DNA of 64,000 bases from Halocafeteria seosinensis (taxonomy: Eukaryota). Under the pieces are notes generated by a model that worked only from the letters and a program-made list of their open reading frames with translations, made no database searches and was not told the origin of the DNA. Of the stretch, positions 48,471 through 61,709 are shown piece after piece. Numbering within the stretch: position 1 is the stretch's first letter; each line of letters opens with the position of its first letter. The position numbers were made by a program, and so were the translations under genes. The DNA lies in contig LVLI01000118.1 of assembly GCA_001687465.1 (NCBI GenBank), positions 62,001 through 126,000 of the forward strand, read 5' to 3'.

Positions 48471-51400
48471 TTACTGCGACGACGGCAATTGCGTCTGTCT
48501 TCGTGCATTACGCCGAAGAGATGTACCCGCGGACGATGCCTGGGCGCTCTTCTTGGAGTTTGCATTGTTCTGTGCTTCTTTAGTGCTCCTACCTCTTTTC
48601 TTCCGGTTTGTCTGCATTTGTGGAGTGGTCTCACGTCCNGCGGGATACGATACCCCCTCCGCCGAAACAGGAACCGCCGCAGGACTGTAGTCATTAGACT
48701 GAGAAGTTTGCGCAGCAGCGACAGTTGCAGTGGCCGAGTTAGCCGACGAACACGTCGCAGCATAAGGGGTTCTTGCTTCAACGGACACTGTGTAAGTGGA
48801 CTCCACAGAAAATGACTCTGTGCTCACTACGGCAGAGCTATTTGTAGCAACCGTGGAGGCAGTTGCGCAACGAGCGACCTCCGTCGAACTTGCTGCTGTA
48901 TCCGCAGGAGTCCTAGCACCCGTTGACGATTTAACAGCATGGAGAGCAGTGGTTTCAGCACCAGAACCACGACTATTTGCATCAGTATCAGTTCTTGGCT
49001 TCTTCCCCGTCCGCATTGTTTCAGATAGCCATTTGGTTGCTTCTGTAGCAGCGCGACGCTTCCCTCGGCCACCTGAAGGCGTAGGTTCACTAACTTCTGG
49101 TTCCATAATTTCGATGGTATTGTCGTCCTTCTTTCTGACTTCATTAGCAGCAATTTGGTCTCTCAATGCTCTCTGCTTCATCCAAAAGTCTCTAGCTTGG
49201 CGTAAGTGCTCTTTATTCACGTTGTGTCTCATACTATCCCACAGTTTCCATGGTGGAGTGTTGTACGGCGAACCGAAGATCCCCCCTGCACCTCCTACAT
49301 TGAAATGGGTGCGACGAATTTTGTCTTCTCTATTAACAGTGAATCCTCCAGTGAACGGATTGTATTTCCGCACAAGCGCATGCCCGTTGATTCGAATGAT
49401 TTGAAGAGCCGCATATGCCGTCCCATCGACGCCTTTCATTCCTTCGCCTGCGTCTGAGCCAAGCAAGGGTGGCAGTCCCTTTTCTTCGCGGGCTTTGTTA
49501 GCAGCCTGATACAGAGCCTGTCGGTCAGTTATTCCTTCAATAGTAGGAAAGAAGACATCGTCACCTCTGTAACCCCATAGGGAAAACAAACCTCTCCAAG
49601 GTGCGAGGCGTGGCTCACACCACGGGCACCAGATGTCTCCGCGAGCGTCTACAAGGACATCGGTAACTGAGTGATAGTACCATTCACCTTCTTCAGGATT
49701 TTTGCCCCCGTTCCGTATTTGCTCTTGGGTGGCAGGTTCTAGTCCCAAACAGTGGAAATGAAACCATTCATCACATGATGAACAAGCAATCATGGGGGAT
49801 GCATCGTTAAGGTACGGCTTCCGGCACACGCAGAGAGGTACGCGGTCTTCCTCAGAAGTATTCCGCACAATTTGCTCGCCCTTCTCATTGGTGTGAATGA
49901 CTACCAGATCCGCTTTAGAGCGACTTTGGGAGCTGCTTTGAACAGTAGCAGGAGCAGAGCCGGTGTTGTACGCGTTAGCTTGACCTTTAGACTTCTTGTG
50001 ACCTGGGCTCACTATCGACTGCCAATCCATGACTATGTCGTCTACACATCCATATTCCCGGGTCCATCCTCGCGCTATTTGTTCCATCTTCTTTGCAGCT
50101 GCAATAAACGCTTCCGGTGTTAACTTCGCTGGACAGAAGGGAATGAGATCGGTCCCCAGTAACCTGCTTCGCCAGTACGAATCCGTATTCTTAGGTACGT
50201 TCACATTTCCTGAAGACTTGCCCCCACTCCAATGAAATGAATGAGGGTCGCTATACATAGGCTTCAAAGGGAGATACAGCAACTCCCCTTGTCTTCTTCC
50301 ACGAACTGAAACTTGTCTCAATACAAATTCGCCAGCCTTGGGAGTGGTAGGAGGCTGCTTCATACGCTGCTCCTTTTGCAGCTCAACTTCAGGATTACCC
50401 AGGGCGGAGCGAAGAAGAGACGGTTGCTGCAACAACACCTGAATACGCTGATATGCTCTTTCACAAAGCTCTCTTGGAAAGAGATACAATGGAATACCGG
50501 GAAAAAAATGTACCAGAACATTCACTGGTTCGAAGTCTTGCGAACTTCTATCGACTTTTCGTCCGTGAGAGCTTGTTTGCGATGCTTGGGACTCGTCGGA
50601 GAAACCGGGGTAGCCTAAAAATTGCTTTAGAGCATTAATTCCGGGGAGTTCGAGCTCTTTCTCTGCATTGCGCACAGAACCCCCTTTTTCGCGTGAGGAT
50701 CTCGTCGTCTTCGATAGCTCAAATTTCTCCAGCAATTTGTTCTTCCAGTCATATCTGGGCGCACCTGACTTCCGCCGCGCGTTTCGGAAGTTGTCCTGAT
50801 GAGACTTCTCCCGTTGCTCTTGAAGTGCGGCAGAAAGCCGCAGTTTTTGAACCGGCTCTTTGCTCTCTGCAGTTGGCTCGCGACAGTTCGTACAAAACAC
50901 AAGCAGAATTGGGGATTCTCCACTTAGCGCCCTCTCTGCCACACTCGTCGCAGCCGCCCTGGCAGAGCTGGATGGGGTATATAACCATTTCGGAGCCTTT
51001 TCCAGGTCCGAGGAAGGGGGGTTCATATCAATAGTAATGTCGTTCTTCCGCAGGGCATCCACTGCTTCTGGTGAGCATTCAATAGAACTCTGTAAGAATG
51101 CTCTAGCGAGATCCTGACTTGCAACAAGAGGAGCAGTAGACCTAAACCCTTTAGTATCTTTCCTTAGAGTTCGTCCAGCGTTTCCCATGGTGCATTCCTC
51201 CAAATACTTCTGCCACATTGTAATATACTCTTCTTTGGCATGTGCTCCAGCCACCAACAAGCCACGGGCCAAAGCACAATAAGGATGCACATTATGAGAA
51301 CATCCTGGAGTCTGACAAGGAACGCAGAGCCCTTGCTGCAGCTTACAAACGCTACAAGTAGCCGGTTCCGAACAGTAAACGTTCCGAGCAAACCAACCTT

Positions 51401-54400
51401 TCATTGAGTTTGGCTCGACCCCTCGAATAGGCTCCATACTGGAAGAAGCAGGCACCACAATAGGACATGCGTCACGAACCACTCCTTTTTTGCACGCATG
51501 CACGCGGCTCATACGAGACTGATACCGCACATGGGCAACTGGTCCTTGTGTTATGCCGGCGAGCCGGGCGCAAACAACGTGGATCCAATTCCTTCGACCT
51601 TCCGCAGCATCTGTAGCTTTCATTGCTCCACGGCTAACGCCACAGGCCACACAAGGAATATGCAGGGGAGTGTGACGTTGAAGGGCGGCTTTCGCTCCAC
51701 CAGCTGCGGCACACACATCACAGAACCAATCTCCCTCGGGAATGGCTATAACTCCATAACATCGTTGGTGTACCGCCAAGTTGCAACTCTCACAGAAGAC
51801 TATCTGGTTCGCCGGGTGGCTATCTCCACCATGACAAATAGAGCATACCGCATCAAGATCTTCTTCAGCTTGTTGCATGGCACGCTGACGTTCGATAGCA
51901 CGGCGCCGAGCCTCACGTTTCCATGCGCGCCAAGCCCTCCGATAGAACGAGCGGGTCTTCCATTGTGACTCTTCTTCATTAGTCTCCCGGTCCACTGTAG
52001 ATACAAATTTCCACGACTTAGTGTCGTTCCTGTGCATTAAGCTACGCAACTCATTCTGGAGAACAGAAATCTCGTCAGCTATTTCATCCTCTTGGACTCC
52101 CTGGGCAATATCCGTAATACCGGTGTCAGGCTTCTCTTTTTCATTACAACGGCTCTCTAGATCTTCCACTCCAAGGTGCACCGTGCGCAGAATGCGATCG
52201 CTCTGCAAGTGTAAGTGTAAAGGTACATATCGTGAACTGTTAGCATGAGCACGAGGAACTGCAGCTCTAGAAGGGCAATTGCCTGTTTGGGAACCTGTCG
52301 GATCATTGTCTATGGGACTACCCCGGGGGGAATCTTCAAACTCCGTGTCAACCTCTTCTTCGCCCAAGTTTTTTGAAGCATTGTTCTCTACGGGAGACAT
52401 CTCCCGGATTCCGACATGGAGCATACCGCCATGGCCACCCGCACTATTCTCTTCTTGTGTCTCCGCGGGATTAGTGTCAGATCCCTCAAGAGCTCTCTGA
52501 TGTGCCTCATCCACGCTCATGGTCGTCGGGTGCATATTGAAAATGCGCAAGTAGTATTCCACTGCCTCAGGTGTGCTATCACATAAAGCCGATGTTATGC
52601 CAACGCATAGAGCATGTTGGCAAGCAAGTGCAAACAAGAGGGTACCAGTTCTCGGCTCACTGCCCGGGTTGGATGCCGCTGCATTCTCTGTAGACTGTGT
52701 AGGGTGCCTTTCTTTAGGCGTAGGAAAATTGCATGTCAAGTCGCTATGAGATTCATCCTTCACAGCCTGGAGAGTAGCAACATACATCACCCGTTCTGGA
52801 GGTGGCCTCTTTCCTGCCCCAAGCTTGGATTGAGAAAACCACATAAAGTAGTAGTTAATAAAACCTACCAAATGGCCTTCCCGTTCCGCGACCAAAGTGA
52901 ACTCGTTCTTAGTCTCGAGTGAAGCTTGGAAATCTGCAGCGCAAGTAAACGCCTTGTTAACTCTGTTGATGACGTTAAGAAGAGATGAATCGTGCACCCT
53001 TGCATCTTCCTCCGAATCCAGCTTGATTTTCCTAGTACGAGAGGTAGCAAAGCGGAATTCAGTGTTCTGACATACACCCTTGTTCTTCGCCGCATTAAGC
53101 ATCTGGAGTAACGGAGGATAGGCATCTAAGTCTGCTACGTAGCTTTGACGCAGGTGGGAAAAATCATCTCCTTGTCCCCATCCGGCAAAGTGATTCGTAG
53201 TCGTAGTAGTAAATTCGCGAGGAGTATCTGATGCTTTGTAAGCACCACCGAATTTTCGTTCGAGTGACTCCACTGGCAGCGCATGCATTTCAGTGGCTTC
53301 TGAGGTAGACGAAGCGGAAGGAAGACTTACCCCCATGCTAAGCCTGGACGCGGCTCGTCTTGAAGACCCACGGTCCGAGCTGAAAAGCGATACATTGCAC
53401 CCGTCATACTCCATTTTCCTCCCAGCAGCATCGTCTTCTTCTTTCCATAGTTGCGTGAAATGCTTTCCCAAGGGTCTGGGCGGCTGAAAAGCCGTATCGT
53501 TACGGTCATGGGCTCGTGTCTTCATCTCATCACTTCGTTGTAGCGATTCTTCGGACCCGCGACTCCGGTCTTTCGGCTCCACCGGATACTTGTAACTCCT
53601 CTGGACTTCAAAATGAGTCAACCTATAATTAGCCAATTGGTTAACTAATCGTTGCTTTAAACTTCCTGATTCTGACGTGAGATCGTTAGCGGCAGAACGG
53701 AACGTTAGGGCACCTGCGGGACTTCCTCCTCCGCCTAGTTCTAGTCGTCGAAACTTCCTATTAGCCCCATGATGTTGTTCATCGTCAATTAGACGAAATC
53801 GCTTCCTTAGCGAGCGAGGAAGATTTCTTTCACAGCCATCCGTCAACACATGCCCCCATAGGAGTTCCTGATGGAACGCTTTTCTGGATCGTGCTTCATA
53901 AGCGAGCAAACTGGAAATCGGAGCGAGAACACCTTGTTTATCGACATACGGGTTACTGTAGTTCCGGTTAGAGGCAATGCCTTCGCACTCAAGTTCGACG
54001 TTAGCAACTACCTCTTCAAGAATTTTCGCTATGTCAGGATCGACAGGTGCATTCCTGCGATCACTCATGCCCCCTGTCTCATTGCCGCCTTCCTCGCACC
54101 GTTCCCGGCCACAGTAGAACAAAGAGAGCTCAGGTCTCTGAACGTCACCCTCCACAGAGTCCTGACTAGAGCTTCTGCGGAGCTTCGGCTCAGCAGCCAT
54201 CAGTGTGGCTATTCCACGCCGATTAGCCTTTTGAATTTCCTGCAAGAACTCGTAGCAGCGGATGTAGAACGGTGGTTGCAACGCGTGAAGTGGTGTTCCC
54301 TGGGCTGCGCTTAGCGATCTAATTTCGTGTCCATATCCTGATTTCAAACATTCAGACTTAGCCGTTCTGAACGTTATTCGCGTTTCCTGTGATGAATGCT

Positions 54401-57170
54401 GATGATTTTCAAGGGGGATGTCAGGTAAACCATTCTGAGAAAACCGACGCCACGGAAGTACTGATCTAATGCATTTCTTAGCAACATCAGTGTTTACGGG
54501 GATGAAATAAGGGCATAGGGCTGGCCAGATATCGGCAGCCACTCTCGGTCTAATGACCAATGAAAGGGTCCCTTCGGATTCATCAACGTCTTCTGGCAGA
54601 GGAGTATTCGGTGTGGCGCCTCCAGACTCGCTCTTTCGTTTGCGTGGACGAGAAAAACGCGACTTGTCTCTATGTCGATCTGCATCATACGCCGCGCTCC
54701 TCTTATCCACCATATATCGCACTAAGGAGGGAACACTACCATCCCACTCCTCATCACTGCTTTCATCGCCACACTCGTCGAACCCTCCAACAGCACTATG
54801 GAGCGAATCAGTAGACGAACTGCTAGTGCTGGCCCCATCACTATTATCCGAGTCACTATCTTCACTTGGAGCTACCATACTAGACTGCCTACCCATATCC
54901 ACACGACTCCCGCTATGCGATGTATGCCGAATGAGACGATTTAGAAGAGCTCCCAGTTCTTCTCGACGTTTGCTAATCAATTTCTGTTGCTTATTTTGAG
55001 ACATCCCTTCACCCTTTTCAGCACACAAGCGCATACCTTTCGTCTCGTATCGTCGTTTCCGCAAATAGTTTTCCCGCTCGAGAGCTTCTAATTTTCCACG
55101 ACGATCTTTGCCATCTCTCGGGTCATCTTTGGTACAGTACAACATGAATCGTCCGAGCAACTCCGGGATGTTATTCTGATCGATCCACTCGAACCTTAGG
55201 CAATGACCGTTGTTCTGGGCACACGTGACATGGAATGCCCGACCACAGGTGCCATAATTGCACTGAACACACGCTCCACGCTTTTGCCGACAGATCAGAC
55301 ATTTCAATTCAAAACGCCGGACATCTACTTTCTTGACATTGTGTACAGGAGATAGCAACTTTGGGTCTGGAAATTTTGGCTCCGGAAAATAAGTCGCACA
55401 TTGCGTATGTATCCAATATTTTGGAGGCCGATCACATCTGCTAGGCGCATTGAGTAAAGCCCACACCTTGAACTGATTCTTCGTCATGGAGGACAGTTCA
55501 GCATCAGGATCCGAATTCTGCAAGTCAGCAGCCACTGCTAACTCTACCATATCAATAAGCGATCCCATAACACTTGTCGCCTCATCTTCAATAGCGCCTT
55601 CACTGGTTTGAAACGATCCTCCTCGATACCTCCGTTCATCAATTTTTGCCGCTCGAAACGACTGCTTCCCTTTCTTTAATAGTTTCGCAACATCTGTTTC
55701 CTCTTTGCTATCAACGGCTTTGAAACAACCACTATATTGGGGGCATAGACAGCATGGTATCTTGCTGGACTGTATACCGTACCGGCAAGGATCGCAGTAC
55801 CAGGTACGGAAGCGTTTACCTGACTCCACATTCCTAGCGGGACAATGTCCCCGAAGTAACGCCTCCCCAAACGCATGATGTGGAGTAAGTTTGGACACCC
55901 GTGGCCATGCGTTGTCCAGGTAAGTCATAGACTTTCCGGAGCTAAGAGGGACTTTGTCTTCCTGCTTTAATTCTCCTGTCAGTATCCAATGTACTTCAGA
56001 ATTCGAGACCCCAGCACATCGCTGATGGACACAGATGCCACAGGCACAACACTGCAGAAGAGGATCATCCTGAAAACTACGGCTATCTCCACATCCCGTG
56101 CATGACGGCCCCTCCAAGTTTAATAAAGCGATTGTTTCACGACTCTGTTCAGTCTTCTCCAGTTGTTTCATTCGTTTCGTTCTCTCGTAAGGGTCCTCAC
56201 CAAAAAGTATTTCCAGTTGCCGCGAGGAGAGACCCTGGTTCTTCAACGTTTTGAAGGTTTGAAACGAAATAATACTCTGAACGAAGCGTGGAAGGTATCC
56301 GTATTCCTGCTCTAGAGTGAGGTTACTGCTCGGAGATTTAACTATAGCATTGTATACGGGAGCAGAATTTGGCTTTGTGGAAGTTTTGCAACCGTGAGCC
56401 TGTTGTTGCGTACATTCTCCATTTGTGGAAGACTGGGCATCCTCAGCTGTAGAATCTCGGTTCAAGGGTGACAACTTCGAGGCTCTGTTGGCAGAAGACC
56501 GGTTGGAACTCGGGTTATGGCGTAACCGCCTGGCCTTAGTGAGAGTGTCTCTCGCCTCCTCCGGGACTCTGGATACCAAACAGTCTAGTAATAGTAAGAA
56601 ACTCTTCTTATACAAACCAAAGATATAGCATGCCTCATACCTATATACTGGGGGTGTTTGCGTCTCCGCGAGATGGCCTGCAGAGAGGAGAACTGTGCAA
56701 GCACGCTTGTAGTTGGTTTGGAAGTAGACTAACTTACTTTTCTTTTCATCAACGAATTGGTCGATATTTGGCAAAGTTGCGTCCATTAGCTGTCTTGCAT
56801 TTGTGTACATAGGACTTCCAGGTCGATAGTATTTCATGGCGTTGCGGATAATGCGTCGTACATCCTGCCGCATGTCTTCCAGACCCTCTTGGGTTTGCGT
56901 ATACATCCCTCTTTCTAATTTCTGTGGGATTCATAAAATACTGACGACGTACTCTTTCCCTGACTACCATTAGCAACACCAAATACATACTTTTGCCATC
57001 CAATAGAAGCACATTGGTTCTTGGATACAGCGATAGTACTCGGGATCTTGCTCCGGGGAGGGAACAGTGTTAAACACGTTACTCTTGTCCCCAGTTTGAA
57101 CGGCATTGTGGAGTAGCCTCCTGGCTGCTTCATGAATTTGCTGCATATCCAGTTTCCTTTCCCGTCGTTC
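48471..57170 (-). CDS. ~2900-aa chromatin protein: bromodomain + PZP + ADA3-like motifs + GNAT-like domain + PZP + PHD; exons (>=57170)-56991 and 56921-48471; true start unresolved
   Basis: Spliced bromodomain PEYYRCIQEPM...DVRRIIRNAMKYY. PZP1 CTGC..LLQCCACGICVHQRC..WYCDPC..CCLCP..WIHTQC..CLIC..GACVQC..FHVTC; PZP2 CSICHGGD..IVFCESCNLAVHQRCYG; last PHD LCVCRKPY..MIACSSCDEWFHFHCLG. Confidence 0.9.
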
Positions 57171-58167
57171 CTGATACAAAACTAGTTAGAATTCTCGCCT
57201 AGTCCTGGCGCTTTCGCTCCTACTTATTGACCCCGGTTATACAACCAAATCGGCATCTCTCACTAAGGATAAGTCGATACCACTATTTTCTTGCCTGCAA
57301 CTTCATAGAAAACGCAATTAGGACTCTCGATACAGCAAGAATGGGAGCCCAGAGACGACCATTCCTGCACGTGTTTTTTTTTTGAAACACACGACAATAG
57401 CAAAAAGGTTTTCCCGGGGACTCCAAAAGGGAGGGCGAGGACCCGGCGAAAAAGCACGAAGTCACTAGAACCACCCTCTCGTACAGACGTATGAAGACAA
57501 CAAATGCTCTTTTAGGGTATTCATACAAAAGAGTAGACAATGCAGATTCACGGAAGCCCACAGAAACATTGAATCGTGCACTTACGACGGTAAATAGGGA
57601 CGATATTCCGTGTTGAGGGACGTGGACGGCAGGCCCAATCAAAAGTAAAATAGCTATTTTATACAAGCGCACGGCTACCTTAACCCTTATCGCCCTATGA
57701 TCACTTTTTGTTGATTCCCTTGCACCATATGGGATATTCTGACAAATCAACGCTGGATAATTTTTGTATACTCTGGCATGATCATTGTGTATTCAGGTTT
57801 GTGATTTCAAATGACCTCTTCCGGGAGCTACAAACATTGTAAAATGGTAGAAGTTCCTAGACACTAGGAATGTGTTTGTGTGCATTGTATGAGAATAGGG
57901 ATGCAATTTTTGTCTTGGTAGGAACAGCAAGCTGCCATTTGCCAACAGATTCTCAGTAATCCTCAATGGTTTGCTGACTTCTGCGATAGAGATCAATTGA
58001 ATTACAATTATGAATACATTAGCCTACCAGAACAGAAATGGGGAGAACTTGGAGACTTCCACCCATTGCTGCGGCACATCGTACATACACTCAGGTGTGG
58101 CACTGTAACTTCAGTGACTTTGTACTACCAGGTACCCACAGTACAGTCATGCAGCACTTCCTCGTGC

Positions 58168-58462
58168 TGTTCTTCCTCTTGAAATATCGCCTTAGCGCCG
58201 ACATACATGGACATACCTACCTCTCTGTTCCAATGCTTGCTAATTGAATGAATGCCCCACGGTGAGAGCAGAATCTGTTGTACAATTGTACGTAATTGTA
58301 CAACTGTACTACAGCACTACAGGACTGTGTATATACTGTACGTGTCGGTAACGCAGCAATTCGTCGACGAATCGTCGTTTTGTTCCTCCTCTTGAAATAT
58401 CGCCTTAGAATCGACATACCTACCTCCCTGTTCCAATGCTGGCTGAATGAATGAATGCCACC
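58168..58462. repeat. Pair of ~80-90-bp diverged direct repeats
   Basis: CCTCTTGAAATATCGCCTTAG...GACATACCTACCTC.CTGTTCCAATGCT...TGAATGAATGCC occurs at ~58168-58258 and ~58381-58462. Confidence 0.85.
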
Positions 58463-58472
58463 GGAAATAGTG

Positions 58473-58508
58473 GAGGTCCCGTTGTCGATAGAGGTCCCGT
58501 TGTCGATA
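58473..58508. repeat. Perfect 18-bp tandem duplication GAGGTCCCGTTGTCGATA x2
   Basis: Units at 58473-58490 and 58491-58508. Confidence 0.95.
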
Positions 58509-58946
58509 GAGAAGGGAACAATAGTAAGTACATAGATGTTGGGTCCAAGTACGTCGCGAATCTTCGACTTCTTTCTTCACAGGTGCCTCGAAAGGAGGTC
58601 AAGGGGTTGATAACGTTTACCTTGGAATATCCATGGAACCACGTTGAGAAGAGAATCCGAATTCCATTGCGTATGATGTGAATCCATTTCGCACTACAGC
58701 ATCTTTGTTGAAGGAGCCCTCAAAAGTGTTTTGCAACGTTCATCAAGGAATTATGAGATCACTGGGAGTTGTAATCAGCATTGTGCACTGAATGATCTTA
58801 GTCTACCCACAACAACAAAGAATCTAGTGTTTATGTTCTTCTCCATATGCTAAAACCAGTCTGTTTTCAGCGGAAAAAGAAAACATCCGTTGAACGAACT
58901 TTACAAGAAAGCTTCCTAAACACAACTCGACAATGCACAACTGACA

Positions 58947-61709
58947 ATGAGTAGTCCGCCGAAGAAGAGATCGAGAAGGCCGAAGCGGTACCGATCATAT
59001 TCCCGGGGGCAGGAAAAGCTACTACGCGGGGGTCTAGATGTTTGTCCAGACCAAAGGTATCGTGGATTCTCTAAGTCCTCTCGTTCGACACATCTTTTTT
59101 TCTCCGATGACAAAGATGATACTACTGAGATTGGTGAGACTGTAACGCCCTCGGAAACAATATTCACCACGGGTGGGGAAAACAGTGAGGTGAGCGCGGG
59201 GGAATCACAAAGGCTTTCAGATAGGAAAAAGTTTCCCAGCGCTACAGAAGTTGATATAGGAAATGGACGCGAGGGTAACGCCAATGCAAACCAAGAACAG
59301 ACTTTGGTTCGTAGGGGGAGAAGTAATGCCGAAGCGGGCTGTAAAAAGAAGCAGAAGAAAGGCCCAATTGACATTGAAAAAGCAAGTCCCTTCTCAGCTT
59401 CGGTGACTAAAACTCGGAACCCTGCAAACGCGAACAAGGGACATAGCTCAAGCAATCCAAAAACTGTTGAACATTCTGAAGGAGCAAACTCAGATAAACT
59501 CGGCTTAATCCAACGACGGCAGGAAAATGGTTCGCCAGTTACTGCCGCTCCTCCCCCAACGAGCACGAGCTCCGCTACTCTACACTCGAGAGGGAAGGGA
59601 TTGTTGGTAACCCAAGACGAAAAGTATGAGGATACAAGTGAGTATCGGATAGAGGTAGATGTATGACAGTTTAGACTTTGTCCCTTCACCGATGCGTTTG
59701 TGCCCTGTGGTATGTCTTGTACAGGTCGCAAAGCAGCGTTGTTGAACTGTTTGGAAGAAACCCAGGATGTCACTCGGTACCCGAAATTACAGCTCACTTC
59801 CGAAGACAGGGGGGCAATAGAGGAGATGATCAACAACAGTGACGATGACTTAACGCATACGCGTTTTAGTGATTTCCAGTCTTTCAAATTCAGCATCCAA
59901 AGTGCAGTGGAGAGTCGGGAGAATCAGATGGTAGCGACTCTTGTTGCAATCGAGTTGTGGGAAAGAATCCTGAAAAAGATACCATCAACGCCACCAGGGA
60001 TACCTTTGGAGGCAGGTACGTTGAACTCTAAGAAGGGGAAACCAGAGTTCTTGTGAGGAGTTCTATCTTAGGTTGGTCTTGCAGGCGACAAGGGTTTCGT
60101 GAAGTTCGTCCAGAGTGTGAGACAGATGCCATACACGAAGCACGTGAAGTACCTGTCGCAATGCCAGATATGGGGAGCAGGCAATCTTCCCGATGGAAGG
60201 TTGTATGTTCGTCCGGTATATCGCAAGCTGTACAAAGTACTACGTGATGAGCCAGCTTCTACGTTGTTTACCATCGAAGGAACTCCTGGAATAGGGAAGA
60301 CTACGATGATTCCCTACATGATTTGGCGTTTATTAAGGGAGACCCCGCCACCAGAAAACATTTTCTTTTGTCCCCAGCAAGAAAACAAGCATTTCCTTCG
60401 CATTGCTAGAACTGGAGCAATAACCCGCGTCACCAAAGTAGAGCTCAAGAATCAACTGCATCCTGGCGATTATGTTCTCATCGATGGAGAAGTCGGAAGC
60501 TCTATGGGGAGCGTTTCTGGATATGCCATACGCCTGGAAAGGGTCAAAATGGTTGCCTTCATCTCCCCTCGGAAACGTAACAGGCAGTGTTTTGGAAACG
60601 AACGGCTGAAACGGAAACTAATGCCACCATGGGGGATTCAGGAACTTCTTGATTGCCGCGAACATGTGTATAAGACCATACCAAGAGAAGATGTCCTGAA
60701 TCGCTTCAAACAAGCTGGTGGTGTCGCGCGGTATGTGTTTCGTGACGGAGACTGGACACTCATCAAGTCTGAGCTATCGAAACTGGATTTGTCGACGATC
60801 CTCCACTACACGGGCGAGATACGAGAGTCGACATCAACAGACGATGGGAGGTTTCGTGTTCTGCATGCATGGCCAGATGCTGCTCATTCCTGTCCGTTTC
60901 AGTTTGAAGCGGGTATTATCCGATTTGCTTCAACTGCTGTCCAGAATTATGTGTTGACAAAGTGGGACCAACAGCAATGGCTGGAGATCCTTGAAGAGTT
61001 ATGGCAGAATACAGGAATCGAAATACAAGGATACAGGAATCTGTTCGAAACAGCATGTCACAAACTTTTGCCTCAGACGGAACCACACTCGAAACCGTTA
61101 AGATTAAAATACCAGGCTCTGGAGAAGCACCCAGGGGGATGGACACGAAGTGGGAAGAAAGCCAAGTTGCGTTTACTTAAGGCTGAGATGGTCGATTTTG
61201 GCGGCTGTACTGCCATCGATAGGCTTGTGGAGAAGTCTCGAAACATGGCCGACTTTGAAGGTGTATATGCGGACCCCCTTGAGGGGCGTTACCCTTCCGT
61301 TGACGCAGTTATCATTCCCAAAGATTTAACGCAAGCGCCGATTCTCTTGCAGTATACGGTAGGTGAAGATCGCTTATTGGACATGTATGGGGTGTTAGGG
61401 GTCTGGGAGAGTCTTAGTGGTCACTTCTCGAAACTCCCGGTATTCTACTTCGTGGTGCCTGATCATCGCCTTGATACCTTTCAGCCAAAACTTCCTAAGT
61501 ATTCGCATGGAATCAAGCAAGCAGCGGTGAAAGATCTGTTCAAGAAAATGCAATTTTACATTGTATCCCTCTGTCATGGTAAGGTTGCACTTATCCACGG
61601 TTGCCCCAGTAGCATGTTACACCTGTTCTGTCCTGCAGACAAGCTGAAGAAGCGACTCATAGATGGTACGGCTGGAAACGGAGGAACACCGTCCAGTACT
61701 AGAAGATGA
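58947..61709 (+). CDS. Crinkler/RHS-type (CR) protein: P-loop NTPase + PD-(D/E)XK-like nuclease, ~848 aa; exons 58947-59637, 59725-60015, 60085-61578, 61639-61709
   Basis: LYVRPVY, Walker A IEGTPGIGKT, MPPWGIQEL, GGVARYVF, FAS, LFETACH, YPSVDAV, LLQYTV, FYFVVP. Introns are phase-consistent. Confidence 0.85.

Noticed and set aside
48286..49404. Plus-strand ORFs overlapping the end of the chromatin gene (and similar short ORFs across the track)
   Set aside because: Antisense or alternate-frame shadows of well-supported genes, with no motifs of their own.
58916..59896. 326-aa minus-strand ORF
   Set aside because: Antisense shadow of the low-complexity first exon of the CR gene; non-ATG start and no motifs.
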